Shown here: in pieces, positions 44,619 to 55,383 of the stretch
How positions within the stretch are numbered: the stretch's first letter is position 1
How the letters are laid out: each line of letters begins with the position of its first letter
Origin: an uncultured Flavobacterium sp.
Lineage (GTDB): Bacteria > Bacteroidota > Bacteroidia > Flavobacteriales > Flavobacteriaceae
Length of the DNA stretch: 64,000 bases
Assembly: GCA_964565035.1 (NCBI GenBank)
Contig: CAZMCP010000007.1
Location: 3,748 to 67,747 of the forward strand
Direction: 5' to 3'
Notes under the pieces: model-generated
The model's database searches: none
Seen by the model: the letters and a program-made list of their open reading frames with translations, nothing else
What the model was told of the DNA's origin: nothing
Position numbers and translations under genes: made by a program

Positions 44619-46490
44619 TTATTTCTTAACAATCATAAATTCAGAACGACGATTTTGAGCGTGTTCCTCTTCTGTACAATTATCTCCACACAAAACTTTT
44701 GGTTCAGATTCACCAAAACCTTGACCCGAAATTCTTTCTTTAGCAATACCTTTAGATATTACATACTGTACTGTAGATTTCGCTCTTTGATCTGACAAAT
44801 TCATATTGTATTTATCATTACCACGAGAATCAGTATGAGATTTAGCAAAAATTACCATTTCTGGATATTGATTCATAACCGCCACTAACTTGTCTAACTC
44901 TGAAGCACCTTGCTGGGTAATATTGCTTTTATTATAATCAAAATAAATGTTATTCAATATAACCTCCGTTTCAGTTACAATAGCCTCAATAGGTCTTAAA
45001 GTTACATTTAAGACAACTTCTTCTTTTTCTTGAGGTATTGATAGGCTTTCATCATAATAACCATTTCTAGAGACAGTAACAGTTTTTGCTTGTTCGCATT
45101 CAAATTGGAAATTTGCTTTACCAATTTCATTAGAAAGTTCATTAGCTAAACCATTTTGAGACCCTCCTAAAACACTAACTTTTGCTCCAGAAACGCCTGA
45201 TCCAGTTTTAGCATCATTTACTTGAACTAGTAAATCAGTGTTACAAACAGGTATAGCAAGATAAATATCATCGTCTCCAGTACCTCCATCTCTATTACTT
45301 GATAAAAAGGCAATGTTTTTTTCTTGATTAAAGGTAAATCCAAAATCATCTTTTTCACTATTTACTGGTTTACCTAAATTAATTGCTTCAGTTGGTTTCG
45401 ACAAATCATATGCATAAACATCAAGACCACCTAATCCGCCCTTGCCATTTGAAGAAAAATAAAGAACATTATTGTCAGCAATAAAAGCTGACAACTCATT
45501 ACCTTCCGTATTTACATTAGAGCCAAGATTTTCAGGTGTTCCAAAAGTTCCATCAGGATTTACTGCTACTTTCCAAATATCTGTTTTACCTAAGCTTCCA
45601 GGCATATCCGAAACAAAATAAAGAGTATTACCATCTTTACTTAATGATGGGCTACTTGTATTATACTCTTTACTGTTAAATGAAACTGGAGTAATATTTG
45701 ACCATTTACCTTCAATATTAGTTGCTTTAAAAATGTTTACTTTTCCTTGCTTTGTCTTTTTATCAGAACTTTTCACAAACTTCTTATCATAAAAACTATC
45801 TCTAGTAAAGTACATTGTAATACCATCTGCACTAATAGTCACAGGACCTTCATGGTATGGAGTGTTTAATTCATTTACCGGTGTAGCTGTAGCACTTAAT
45901 TCTCCATTGGTAAAATCTGCTTTGTAAATATCCAAATAAGGTTGATCATTCCAATCATATGTTTTTCTGGCAGTATTTCTTGCACTTGAAAAATAAACAG
46001 TTTGATCTTTTAAAAACGCTCCAAAATCTGAATATTTTGAATTGGTTGGAACAGATTTAACATCAAATTTTTTAGATTGTCCTAAAATCTCATTTAAATA
46101 ATTCTTATTATTTGCTTTTTGTGCACGTTGATCATTAGGGGCTAAAGCAGCAAACTTAGTCATAGCATCATTCGCTTCTGGATATTTACCATTTGCTTTT
46201 AACATCTCAGCATATCTAAAATAGGTTTCAGCATCCTGTTGTGAAGCTACAGCTTGTGAATACCATTTTTCTGCTTCGACAGAATTAAAAACGTTATAAT
46301 AACAATCTCCTAGTTGCTTGAAAACATATGGATTTGCTTTTCCTTTGTCATTTAGTTTTAAATACTCCTTTGCAGCATCAACAAACTCATAACGATTAAA
46401 AAGTTGATCTGCTACTTTAGTGTCTTTATTTTGTGCTTTTGTTGTAGAAATTACAAAAGCAAAACCTATAGCTATATATATTTTTTTCAT
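44619..46490 (-). CDS. PorE-like OmpA family protein (TPR, PD40 propeller, OmpA-C domain)
   Basis: N-terminal TPRs, LYFVSD/LYFSSN repeats, IYFDYNK, SHTDSRG, NMNLSDQRA, NRRSEF. Confidence 0.92.
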   Translation of the reverse strand: MKKIYIAIGFAFVISTTKAQNKDTKVADQLFNRYEFVDAAKEYLKLNDKGKANPYVFKQLGDCYYNVFNSVEAEKWYSQAVASQQDAETYFRYAEMLKANGKYPEANDAMTKFAALAPNDQRAQKANNKNYLNEILGQSKKFDVKSVPTNSKYSDFGAFLKDQTVYFSSARNTARKTYDWNDQPYLDIYKADFTNGELSATATPVNELNTPYHEGPVTISADGITMYFTRDSFYDKKFVKSSDKKTKQGKVNIFKATNIEGKWSNITPVSFNSKEYNTSSPSLSKDGNTLYFVSDMPGSLGKTDIWKVAVNPDGTFGTPENLGSNVNTEGNELSAFIADNNVLYFSSNGKGGLGGLDVYAYDLSKPTEAINLGKPVNSEKDDFGFTFNQEKNIAFLSSNRDGGTGDDDIYLAIPVCNTDLLVQVNDAKTGSGVSGAKVSVLGGSQNGLANELSNEIGKANFQFECEQAKTVTVSRNGYYDESLSIPQEKEEVVLNVTLRPIEAIVTETEVILNNIYFDYNKSNITQQGASELDKLVAVMNQYPEMVIFAKSHTDSRGNDKYNMNLSDQRAKSTVQYVISKGIAKERISGQGFGESEPKVLCGDNCTEEEHAQNRRSEFMIVKK

Positions 46491-46506
46491 TTTAAGTTTG
46501 TTTATG

Positions 46507-47427
46507 TTAGAAGTAACGTGGTGAACTTGATACTTTTTTCGGGAAGTTCAAATCAAATAACAACATAACTTCATGTGAAGATGGAGTAGTAACATCAAGA
46601 TCCGAAACAATATGATCATATGCATAACCAATTCTAAGTCCATCAGTAATTCTGTAATTAACTAGAGCTCCAAATGAATCATCTAACCTATAAGTTGCGC
46701 CAATTTCGAATTTATCAAAAAACAAGAAATTAGTTGAAACATCAAGAGAACTTGGTGCACCAAAAGCAGATTTTAACATAAAATGAGGTTTAAACTTAGT
46801 TTTCTCACTCAAATTAAACACATAACCTCCTGTTAAAAAATAATGTTGCACCTCTGATCCATACTCAACACCATTATAATCTAAATGGGCTGATTTAAGC
46901 ATATTTGGAATAGAGAATGCTAAATAGTACTTATTGGTATAATAAAATAATCCAGCTCCAATATTTAAATTAGAGTTTGAGGTGTCTTGAGCGAAAGGAC
47001 CATCATCAGGAACCGCTAGAGTTGAAGCAATTTGACTATTTAATCCTATTTTTTGAAGTGTGATTCCTGCTTTAATACCAGCAGCCAATCTATGTTCTCC
47101 ACCTAGGTTTAGTGTATAAGAGAAATCACCATAAATGTTGTTTTCTTCAACTGGTCCAATTCTATCAGAAACTACAGATAAACCAAGACCAACATTCTTA
47201 CCAACTGGTGAATGACCTGTTGCTGTAAAAGTTGTAGGTGAATCTTCTATTTCAACCCATTGCTTACGAAACAATAAACCGAAACTTAAATTTTCTTTAG
47301 ACCCTGCATAGGCTGGATTCATCACGTTCATATTATACATATATTGTGTATAATGTGGATCCTGCTGAGCCGAAACATCATTAAGTGTTAAAGCAACAAC
47401 TAGGGCTGTGAAAAATATGTTTTTCAT
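46507..47427 (-). CDS. T9SS PorP/SprF family membrane protein
   Basis: QQDPHYTQYMYN..NPAYAG, RKQW, IGYAYD, SHEV, SPRYF. Confidence 0.94.
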   Translation of the reverse strand: MKNIFFTALVVALTLNDVSAQQDPHYTQYMYNMNVMNPAYAGSKENLSFGLLFRKQWVEIEDSPTTFTATGHSPVGKNVGLGLSVVSDRIGPVEENNIYGDFSYTLNLGGEHRLAAGIKAGITLQKIGLNSQIASTLAVPDDGPFAQDTSNSNLNIGAGLFYYTNKYYLAFSIPNMLKSAHLDYNGVEYGSEVQHYFLTGGYVFNLSEKTKFKPHFMLKSAFGAPSSLDVSTNFLFFDKFEIGATYRLDDSFGALVNYRITDGLRIGYAYDHIVSDLDVTTPSSHEVMLLFDLNFPKKVSSSPRYF

Positions 47428-47454
47428 TTTTAATTCTGTTTTATTTGGTTAGAA

Positions 47455-47482
47455 TTGTTGTCTGTGAAATCACAGACAACAA
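47455..47482. other. Intra-operon stem-loop
   Basis: ttgttgtctgtga-aa-tcacagacaacaa between the cargo gene and porP, without a clear U-tract. Confidence 0.6.
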
Positions 47483-47489
47483 TCTATCT

Positions 47490-50400
47490 TTATTTATTAA
47501 TGTAAATCCAACCTGATTTGTTTTGTCCATCATTTTGCTCAAACACAAAATAATATGTTCCAACAGGTAATTCATCACCTTTATCTGTTTGACCGTGCCA
47601 TTGATCAGTGTAGTTACTATAGCTATATACCTTAGTTCCGTATCTATTAAAAATACTTAACTGTTTAACACCTAAACCTCTTAAATCAAAACTGTCATTT
47701 TTACCATCTCCATTAGGTGAAATACCTTTTGGAATTGTACAAATAGAAGACAATACAAGGAAATCTTGAGTATCTGTACATCCATCAGGTGAAGTGGTAA
47801 CTTTTACAGTGAAAGTAAGAGGAAAACTCCCTGATGATATGTTGTTAGTTTGAACATACTGACTTACATTAAATGTATTTTGATTATTTCCTGAAGCAAT
47901 AATATCACCATTAGAGTTAGTCCATTCATATAATACATTAGCTGGATCAAAAGAGCCGTTAATAGGAGAAGCTGTAAGAATATAATTAGATCCTTGACAA
48001 TCACCCACAGCATCAATTGGTATTTCTGTAGTGTCTGGTGATACAGAAATAGAATATGTACTTGAACAACCTTGATTTGTTATAGTTACTTCATAAATAC
48101 CATAATCATCATAGCTGATAGAATTTGTAGTGTCTGGCAATGAACTTCCATCTAGAGTCCAAGAATATATAACTGGATCTGCAGTCGTATAGTTTATAGG
48201 TGTAACCGTTATAACAGAAACCTCATTTATACATTTCACTAGATTGGTTCCATCTATAGTTGCTTGTGGTACAAAATTAACAGTAAAGTTAGTTGTAATA
48301 GGAGTTACATTAGTACAACTATTTAAAGTTATCAGAACTTCATATAACCCTGTTGTTGTTGGGCTATACTGATATGAAGTAGCGCCTGGTATTGGTATTG
48401 TATTAAGCAACCAAACATAAGTAGCATCACCAACAGCAAAATTTGTTGGATTTACAGTTAATGTTGCAGATTGACCAGCACAAATTGTATTATCTAAATC
48501 AGATGATAATATAGTAGCAACTGGATTAGCATAAACATTTATATCAAATTGTTCTTGTACTTGCGGACAACCGTTTGCAGCAACTATTGTGTTATAAACA
48601 GTATAAGCACCTGGTATACTTGATGCAAGATCAATTTCTCCGGTTGCACTATTAATAACAAGTCCTGTTGAAGAGCTAAAAGTTCCTGCTAAACCACCCC
48701 CAATAAATGTAGGCAATAGTGTTCCTTCACTTTGGCAATGATTTGCAACTGCATAATTGAATGTTGCTACTGGTAATGCTGTTATTGTAATTGAAGATGT
48801 AGCTGTAACTAAAGCACAACCTCCAGTTGCACCAATCTCATTGGTAACTATATATGTACCAGCAACACTTGCCCCTAAATCAATTTCTCCAGTTGCAGAA
48901 TTAATAACTAATCCAGGAGTTGATGTAAATGTACCTGCTACACCTCCTCCAGTAAATACAGGAGCTGCAAAGCTTCCGTTTGAACAATAGGGTCCAGTAC
49001 CATAATTAAAATCTGCAACTGCTGGTTTATTTATTATAACTGTAGTACTTGTCTCATATAAGTCACATCCCCCACTTGCTGGTATTCTATAATTAACAAT
49101 ATAAGTCCCTGGAATACTCGTGCTTGGAGTAAAAGCTCCCGTAACTGGATTTATAGATAATCCAATATTTGGCACTGGAAGGTAATACCCCCCTGTAGTT
49201 CCTGTTTGAGTTACGGTTTGAGTAGTAGTATTAGTAGTACAATACTCCGAAGCACTATAAACAATAGTCGCAGAAGGTGGATTTGTAATTGTAATAGTCC
49301 ATGTAGAACTAGATGGATTACAATCTGGATCTGAAGAAGCAATATAACTTGTAATCAAGTAAGTTCCCACTGGGCTTGCTGCTAAATCTATAACACCAGT
49401 AATTGGATCTATGACTAATGTGTTAGGGGTTGCAGAAAAAGTACCAAAAGATGCTGACTGACCCAAAATAGGTGCAGGATTTGGATCATCTTTACAATAA
49501 AAATTACTTGAATAAGATATACTTGTATAAGGACAGCAATCTTGCATTTGTGGACCACTAGTTTTTGTTATTTTAATATATCCTCTCTCACCAGGTAAAC
49601 TAGATGCTGTGTAATTAGTAACCATAACTACATATACTTCTCCTGCAATTGCATTAGGAAAGGCAAAATCCTCTTGAAATGCAGGTGAAAAACTACAGCC
49701 AACGGTCTGTCCACCAGCTCTCACATTATTTACTGATATTGAACTACATGCCGTAGCCACATCAGGGTATGGCCCCCATGTTGCATAATCAACATCTAAG
49801 TTTGGAGCATTTGTTGCACTAGTACCTTGTGTTATATGATAAGTGTAAGATCCATTTGTAGGAATGGTTAAATAGTAAAATGTTGGTGAGGGTGCACTTC
49901 CTAAACAACCTACATTTGTAGTTGTCGTTCCACTAATTGGATTAGGATTTTGAGGCACACCAACATCATTTCTTAGAATCACATTATCTACAAGACAAAT
50001 AGGAACAGCATTTTCGCAATAAATTACTCTTGTTCCAACACATACTTCAAATTTTAAATTTGATGCTGTAGCCCCAGTGCTAAAAACTCTAATTTTATAT
50101 GTTTGCCCTATAGTTAATCCAGTATTCATCGAACCACTTATTCCATCATGACAAGTAAGTGGAATTAAATTTCCACAATCAGTTCCACTGTACAATGCAT
50201 AACTTAACCCAGTAACTTCATCATGTTGGAAGTCTGGCATAGCTCCTCCTGTTAATGCAGGTAAATGGAAAGAAATATAATGAGTAGTCGCAGTTGCTGT
50301 AAAATGAAACCACACATCATCATTGTCAGCATTTCCATCTGTACATGGAGCAGGAGCTTGAGTAGAAGCTGTTGCTCCTTGTAAACTACCTAAGGTTGTT

Positions 50401-52949
50401 TGTGTACAATGTGTGTTTTGATTAACTGGCACCAATTTAGAATTCACACACTCATCATTGATATCAGGGGTTTCAAATGTTTGAGGCAATGAAATCGGAC
50501 TAAAATCTGTAGGTGAACAAACTGCTCTAACATAATAGTCATAACATGTTAAGGGCGATAAGCCCAGTGCTGTAAATGGCTTAGAATTTATCGTAATCCA
50601 TCCTGGAGTATTATTGTCTGGAACTGGCGAACTACAAGGCAACAAAATAACTTGCCATTGATTCGCTAAAGTTGAATCTGGATTAAACGGTTGTGTCCAA
50701 TCTAAAACTGCGGATGACGCAGTAACATTAGAAAAAGTTAAATTAATTGGTTTAGAACATGTTGGCAAAGTTGTAAAATCGCCTGCAGAAGTCCAAACAC
50801 TTGCGCTCGTAGAGGAACAATTCGTTCTTACGTAATACTGATACTCTTTATTAGGCTGTAAACCAGTTAAAATAAAAGGATTTGTTGTAACTGCAGTAAA
50901 TGTAGGTGTAGATGTTGCTGTAGGCGCAGGGGATCCAAAAGGCACTACATAAATATCCCAAGCATTTCCACCATTTGGAGTCCATGAGATAGTAGCTCCT
51001 TGAGTTGTTGGTGTATTATCCGCTATTGCAGTTGGAGGCAAACACGCTGGTGTTTGACAATCAAAACTAGTTGAAAATAATAAAGAAGGAGCTGATCCAG
51101 TTCCTGGTGCTTTAGTATATAATATTTGATTAAAAGGCGTATTATTGCGTACAGCAATCCCTACTTGTGCTTGAGCGGTTCCTGCAAGTGTCCAATATAA
51201 TTCGAAAGGGTAATTTTCACACAAAGGAACCGATATAGAAATTGGACCAGCACCTGCTGTAAAAGTGGAACCAATTGTTTGAACAACAATTCCATTTTGT
51301 CTAATTTCCATTCTAGCTCCTTGCCATCCATTACCTCCTGAATCTGTCATTATGAATGTATAATTACATTTATCTACAGCATCACAAATAGAAGTATTGA
51401 ATCTGTATGGACCTGCCCATGGGCTAAATAATCCCCCACCGCAATCCGCTCTTACCCAATATTCGTATGCTGTCGCTTGTGCTAATCCTCCAAACACAAA
51501 ATTTGTGTTATCATTTGTTGTTTGTGATAATGGTCCTGGTGTCGTTGGAACACCTGCCCCTGGAGCTTGAACAGTTACTTGCCATGATGTAGCTCCTGAT
51601 GGGTTTGCCCAAGTCATTTCAATTGAATTAGTCGTTGGGTTAGCAGTAGTACCGTTTGTTGGCGGATCACAAAATTTTTCTTGAATAATCAAAGTGTAAG
51701 GAATTCCAGTAGCTGGAGATGAACTTGACGAAACTACAATGATATAAGTTTGACCAGCAGTAACAGAAAGTGTTGCAATATTTCTTGGATTTGCTGTTGT
51801 ATCTGCAGCTCCTGCTAGACAACTAACCCCAACATTTGCGCATCCATTATAAACAAATAAGCTTGAACTCACACCAGTTGGTGTCATTGAAATTGTAATA
51901 TTCCCACTGACAGATGGAGTAAAGGAATAAAAGGCTTCTGGTCCTTGCATGTAATTAATTGTTCCTCCAGCACATCCTGAACCTTGGGGCATATCAAAAT
52001 CATCACCGTAATCTATTGTGTTTGCAGTATGACTATACGGTAATCCTGTAATAACTATTGGTCCTGTACAATCTGTACCAGCAGGTTTAGTCACAAAATT
52101 AAATGGCCCTACCCAACTACTAACATTAGAAGGAGTACAAACAGATCTAACCCAAAACTTAAAAGCAGTTCCTGCTGCTAAACCAGTCGCTGTAAAAGGG
52201 TTATTTGTTACATTACTAAAATTAGGTGTTGTAGAAACAGTTGGAACAGTAGGGTCGGCTTGTTGATTATAATAAATATCCCAAGTTGTAGCTGTCCCAT
52301 TTTCCTGCCAACCTAAAACGGCCGTTGAAACAGTAGTAGCACCAGATGTTAATATCGATGGATTTGAACACTGTTGCACTAAATTCACATCATCAATAAT
52401 CCATCTATCTCCTGAGGTTGTAGTAGAAGGTTGAGTGTTTATTTTGACAAAGGCAATATAAACCTGAGTCCCTGCTGAATACGTAGACAAGCTAACTAGC
52501 TTTTCTTCATAAACATTATATGTGGCATTTAAATCTGTTTCATTCCATGTTGCAACAGTTGTAAATGCAGCTTGATTTGTTTGTGATGGATCAGTAGAAA
52601 CCCTTATCTCATAAGTTGAACCATTGTTACCTATTAGAGTTTGTCTAGTCCAAAATCGCAATTGCCCATTAGCAGGCAAAGTAACTTGAGGAGTAATTAG
52701 CCAGTCTTGCGAAGTATTGCCAGCGCCAATATTTTCTCGATCAATTATTGCGGCTTTTGTTCCTGAGTGAACAAATGCGGCATTTGTAGTTTCCGCCCAT
52801 TCTATTCCAGTTCCAACGCCGTTATTTAAAACAGCCCAGTTCCCCGGAGTGGTCGGTGGAAAGGAAGCTCCTTCAAATCCTTCATTAATTTGGGAGAATC
52901 CCAACAAAGGAAGAATCATCATGAAAAAGCATAAAGTAATTTTTTTCAT
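47490..52949 (-). CDS. T9SS type B cargo (SprB-like C-terminal domain) with choice-of-anchor J-like, FN3 and PKD-like repeats
   Basis: MKKIT signal at 52949, DWLITP, YWVRADC/YYVRTNC FN3 units, GLVINSATGEIDL repeats, terminal IPKGISPNGDGKND...IFNRYG...WHG...LPVGTYYF...GWIYINK. Confidence 0.92.
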   Translation of the reverse strand: MKKITLCFFMMILPLLGFSQINEGFEGASFPPTTPGNWAVLNNGVGTGIEWAETTNAAFVHSGTKAAIIDRENIGAGNTSQDWLITPQVTLPANGQLRFWTRQTLIGNNGSTYEIRVSTDPSQTNQAAFTTVATWNETDLNATYNVYEEKLVSLSTYSAGTQVYIAFVKINTQPSTTTSGDRWIIDDVNLVQQCSNPSILTSGATTVSTAVLGWQENGTATTWDIYYNQQADPTVPTVSTTPNFSNVTNNPFTATGLAAGTAFKFWVRSVCTPSNVSSWVGPFNFVTKPAGTDCTGPIVITGLPYSHTANTIDYGDDFDMPQGSGCAGGTINYMQGPEAFYSFTPSVSGNITISMTPTGVSSSLFVYNGCANVGVSCLAGAADTTANPRNIATLSVTAGQTYIIVVSSSSSPATGIPYTLIIQEKFCDPPTNGTTANPTTNSIEMTWANPSGATSWQVTVQAPGAGVPTTPGPLSQTTNDNTNFVFGGLAQATAYEYWVRADCGGGLFSPWAGPYRFNTSICDAVDKCNYTFIMTDSGGNGWQGARMEIRQNGIVVQTIGSTFTAGAGPISISVPLCENYPFELYWTLAGTAQAQVGIAVRNNTPFNQILYTKAPGTGSAPSLLFSTSFDCQTPACLPPTAIADNTPTTQGATISWTPNGGNAWDIYVVPFGSPAPTATSTPTFTAVTTNPFILTGLQPNKEYQYYVRTNCSSTSASVWTSAGDFTTLPTCSKPINLTFSNVTASSAVLDWTQPFNPDSTLANQWQVILLPCSSPVPDNNTPGWITINSKPFTALGLSPLTCYDYYVRAVCSPTDFSPISLPQTFETPDINDECVNSKLVPVNQNTHCTQTTLGSLQGATASTQAPAPCTDGNADNDDVWFHFTATATTHYISFHLPALTGGAMPDFQHDEVTGLSYALYSGTDCGNLIPLTCHDGISGSMNTGLTIGQTYKIRVFSTGATASNLKFEVCVGTRVIYCENAVPICLVDNVILRNDVGVPQNPNPISGTTTTNVGCLGSAPSPTFYYLTIPTNGSYTYHITQGTSATNAPNLDVDYATWGPYPDVATACSSISVNNVRAGGQTVGCSFSPAFQEDFAFPNAIAGEVYVVMVTNYTASSLPGERGYIKITKTSGPQMQDCCPYTSISYSSNFYCKDDPNPAPILGQSASFGTFSATPNTLVIDPITGVIDLAASPVGTYLITSYIASSDPDCNPSSSTWTITITNPPSATIVYSASEYCTTNTTTQTVTQTGTTGGYYLPVPNIGLSINPVTGAFTPSTSIPGTYIVNYRIPASGGCDLYETSTTVIINKPAVADFNYGTGPYCSNGSFAAPVFTGGGVAGTFTSTPGLVINSATGEIDLGASVAGTYIVTNEIGATGGCALVTATSSITITALPVATFNYAVANHCQSEGTLLPTFIGGGLAGTFSSSTGLVINSATGEIDLASSIPGAYTVYNTIVAANGCPQVQEQFDINVYANPVATILSSDLDNTICAGQSATLTVNPTNFAVGDATYVWLLNTIPIPGATSYQYSPTTTGLYEVLITLNSCTNVTPITTNFTVNFVPQATIDGTNLVKCINEVSVITVTPINYTTADPVIYSWTLDGSSLPDTTNSISYDDYGIYEVTITNQGCSSTYSISVSPDTTEIPIDAVGDCQGSNYILTASPINGSFDPANVLYEWTNSNGDIIASGNNQNTFNVSQYVQTNNISSGSFPLTFTVKVTTSPDGCTDTQDFLVLSSICTIPKGISPNGDGKNDSFDLRGLGVKQLSIFNRYGTKVYSYSNYTDQWHGQTDKGDELPVGTYYFVFEQNDGQNKSGWIYINK

Positions 52950-53122
52950 AGTTGTTAAAGTTTCGGTTAACGAGTTTGTATAATTTTCAAATGTAAAAAA
53001 AATTAACAATTTAATAACGAATTTTAACAGAATGTCATTTTTTTTCGATGAAAGACATAATTTTAGTGAATATAAAATAATAACTAGCTTACATTTTGTT
53101 AGTTTTGTGATTTATTATTAAT

Positions 53123-54346
53123 ATGCTAGAGAAAGAAAAAATAAATTTTGAAAAGACTGTAATTGTAGGTATTATAACTCAACTCCAAACAGAGGAAAAG
53201 TTAAATGAATACCTTGATGAATTAGAATTTTTAACATTTACAGCTGGTGGTGAGGTAGTCAAAAGGTTTTCTCAAAAAATGGACAAACCCAACCCAAAAA
53301 CTTTTGTGGGAACTGGGAAACTTGAAGATATAAAATATTATATAAAGGAAAACGATGTCAAAACTGTGATTTTTGATGATGAGTTAACACCTGCTCAACA
53401 AAAAAACATAACCAGAGAACTTGACTGTAAGGTACTCGATCGAACTAATTTAATTCTAGATATTTTTGCCCAAAGAGCAGAAACATCATATGCAAGAACT
53501 CAGGTTGAATTAGCACAGTGCCAATATTTACTTCCACGACTAACGGGTATGTGGACTCACTTAGAGCGTCAACGAGGTGGTATTGGTATGCGTGGTCCTG
53601 GAGAAACAGAAATTGAAACAGACCGTCGTATTGTTCGAGATCGCATTGCCTTATTAAAAGAAAAAATTAAGGTAATTGATAAACAAATGGCTATTCAAAG
53701 AAGTAATAGAGGTGCTATGGTTCGAGTAGCTTTAGTAGGTTATACTAATGTAGGTAAATCTACTTTAATGAATGCAGTTGGGAAAAGTGAAGTTTTTGTA
53801 GAAAATAAATTATTTGCAACTCTAGATACAACTGTAAGAAAAGTGGTGATTAAAAATTTACCTTTTTTACTTTCAGACACTGTGGGTTTTATTAGAAAAT
53901 TACCAACACAACTAGTTGAATCATTTAAAAGTACTCTTGATGAAGTTAGAGAGGCCGATTTATTATTACATGTTGTTGATATCTCTCATCCTGAATTTGA
54001 AGACCATATTGGATCGGTAAATCAAATTTTAAAAGACATTAAAAGTGATGATAAACCAACGATAATGGTTTTTAATAAAATAGATGCTTATAAATATTTG
54101 ACTATTGAACCCGATGATTTAATGACAGAAAAAACAACAAAACATTATACACTTTCAGAATGGCAAAACACATGGATGAGTAAATTAGGTGAAAACAACA
54201 CTTTATTTATATCTGCTACAGAAAAGCATAATTTTGAAGAATTACGTGAGAAAGTTTATGAAGCTGTTCGTAAAATTCACATCACTAGATTCCCTTATAA
54301 CAAATTCCTTTATCCTGATTATAAAGATGCTGTTGAAAAAGAATAA
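53123..54346 (+). CDS. hflX: GTPase HflX
   Basis: GPGETEIETDRR, GYTNVGKS, LFATLD, DTVGFI, NKID. Confidence 0.97.
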   Translation: MLEKEKINFEKTVIVGIITQLQTEEKLNEYLDELEFLTFTAGGEVVKRFSQKMDKPNPKTFVGTGKLEDIKYYIKENDVKTVIFDDELTPAQQKNITRELDCKVLDRTNLILDIFAQRAETSYARTQVELAQCQYLLPRLTGMWTHLERQRGGIGMRGPGETEIETDRRIVRDRIALLKEKIKVIDKQMAIQRSNRGAMVRVALVGYTNVGKSTLMNAVGKSEVFVENKLFATLDTTVRKVVIKNLPFLLSDTVGFIRKLPTQLVESFKSTLDEVREADLLLHVVDISHPEFEDHIGSVNQILKDIKSDDKPTIMVFNKIDAYKYLTIEPDDLMTEKTTKHYTLSEWQNTWMSKLGENNTLFISATEKHNFEELREKVYEAVRKIHITRFPYNKFLYPDYKDAVEKE

Positions 54347-54381
54347 AAAAAAGCCTTTGAAAATTTCAAAGGCTTTTTTTT
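54345..54381. terminator. Bidirectional terminator
   Basis: aaaaaaagcctttgaaa-a-tttcaaaggcttttttt. Confidence 0.8.
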
Positions 54382-54390
54382 ATTAATTAA

Positions 54391-55341
54391 TTAAAATCCA
54401 TAATTAAAACCTAAACCAAAAACCTCTCTAACTTGAAATGCACCAATAGCATTATCATCATAAATTGCTTGAAATGAAAGATTAGTTGATATGTATTTAT
54501 TGATTTTCATCACTAAGTTCATTTGGTAATCAATATCTACATTTTGAGGTTTTTCTAAATAGTTTGAATATAAATTTAATATATTTTCCATTGAAATATT
54601 ATCCATTACATTAAACTTGTAGTAACCATTGATTGCCGCACCAAATTCAAATCTAAATGATTTTCCTTGCTCAACACCAAAGGCTGAACCCAATTCTGTA
54701 AAATGTTTATGCACAAATATAAAACGTGAAGTTGCTGGCGCAAAGTTCACTTTTAAATTATCTGATTTCTTCCATAACATTCCTGGACCTACTTGCAGAT
54801 AGGCAGGAGAGAAAAAATGAGAAATAGTTACATTTTGAGTATCTGCAAAATCATCTGAAGTAATAAGGGGAGTACCATTATCATTTGTAAAATCTATTTT
54901 TTTAAATCCAGTATCCATTTGAGTCTTAAAATTTAAAAAAGCAGAATAATACCAATATCCACTAGCTTTTTTACCCAACAAAGAAGTAAACTCTAAACGA
55001 TCATCAGATTTTGTGGTTTCCTGATCTTTTAATTTGGTTAATCCATATGCTGCAAAAATTTTATTATCCCAAACAACAGTGCTTGTTTTATAATTAAAAT
55101 CATAGTTGAGACTAATATTTCCAGCCATATTAGATGTTCCACCGCCAAGCCATTCATTATTGAATGCTGATTGATTGAAAAGGAAAGAAAAGTTACCTGA
55201 TTTTTTCCATCCCATGTTAATTGTATCTTTGGTTTTTTCAGCAGCTTCAGCAGTTTTATTTATTAAAGCTTTTTCATTTTCTTGAGCTGAGGCGATTCCG
55301 TAAAAAAGAAGAATCAAATTAACAAAAACGATTTTTTTCAT
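54391..55341 (-). CDS. DUF3078 outer-membrane protein
   Basis: GWKKSG..FNQSAF..W.GGG, FFSPAY, GPGMLWK, C-terminal GLGFNYGF. Confidence 0.88.
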   Translation of the reverse strand: MKKIVFVNLILLFYGIASAQENEKALINKTAEAAEKTKDTINMGWKKSGNFSFLFNQSAFNNEWLGGGTSNMAGNISLNYDFNYKTSTVVWDNKIFAAYGLTKLKDQETTKSDDRLEFTSLLGKKASGYWYYSAFLNFKTQMDTGFKKIDFTNDNGTPLITSDDFADTQNVTISHFFSPAYLQVGPGMLWKKSDNLKVNFAPATSRFIFVHKHFTELGSAFGVEQGKSFRFEFGAAINGYYKFNVMDNISMENILNLYSNYLEKPQNVDIDYQMNLVMKINKYISTNLSFQAIYDDNAIGAFQVREVFGLGFNYGF

Positions 55342-55383
55342 AGTATTGAGTTTTGTATTTACTCAAATTTATGAAAATTTTTC

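Noticed and set aside
48600-49420. Recurrent DNA similarity inside the type B cargo gene
   Set aside because: Explained by protein-level repeats (GLVINSATGEIDL); no reverse transcriptase or adenine-specific template/variable pattern was seen to suggest a DGR
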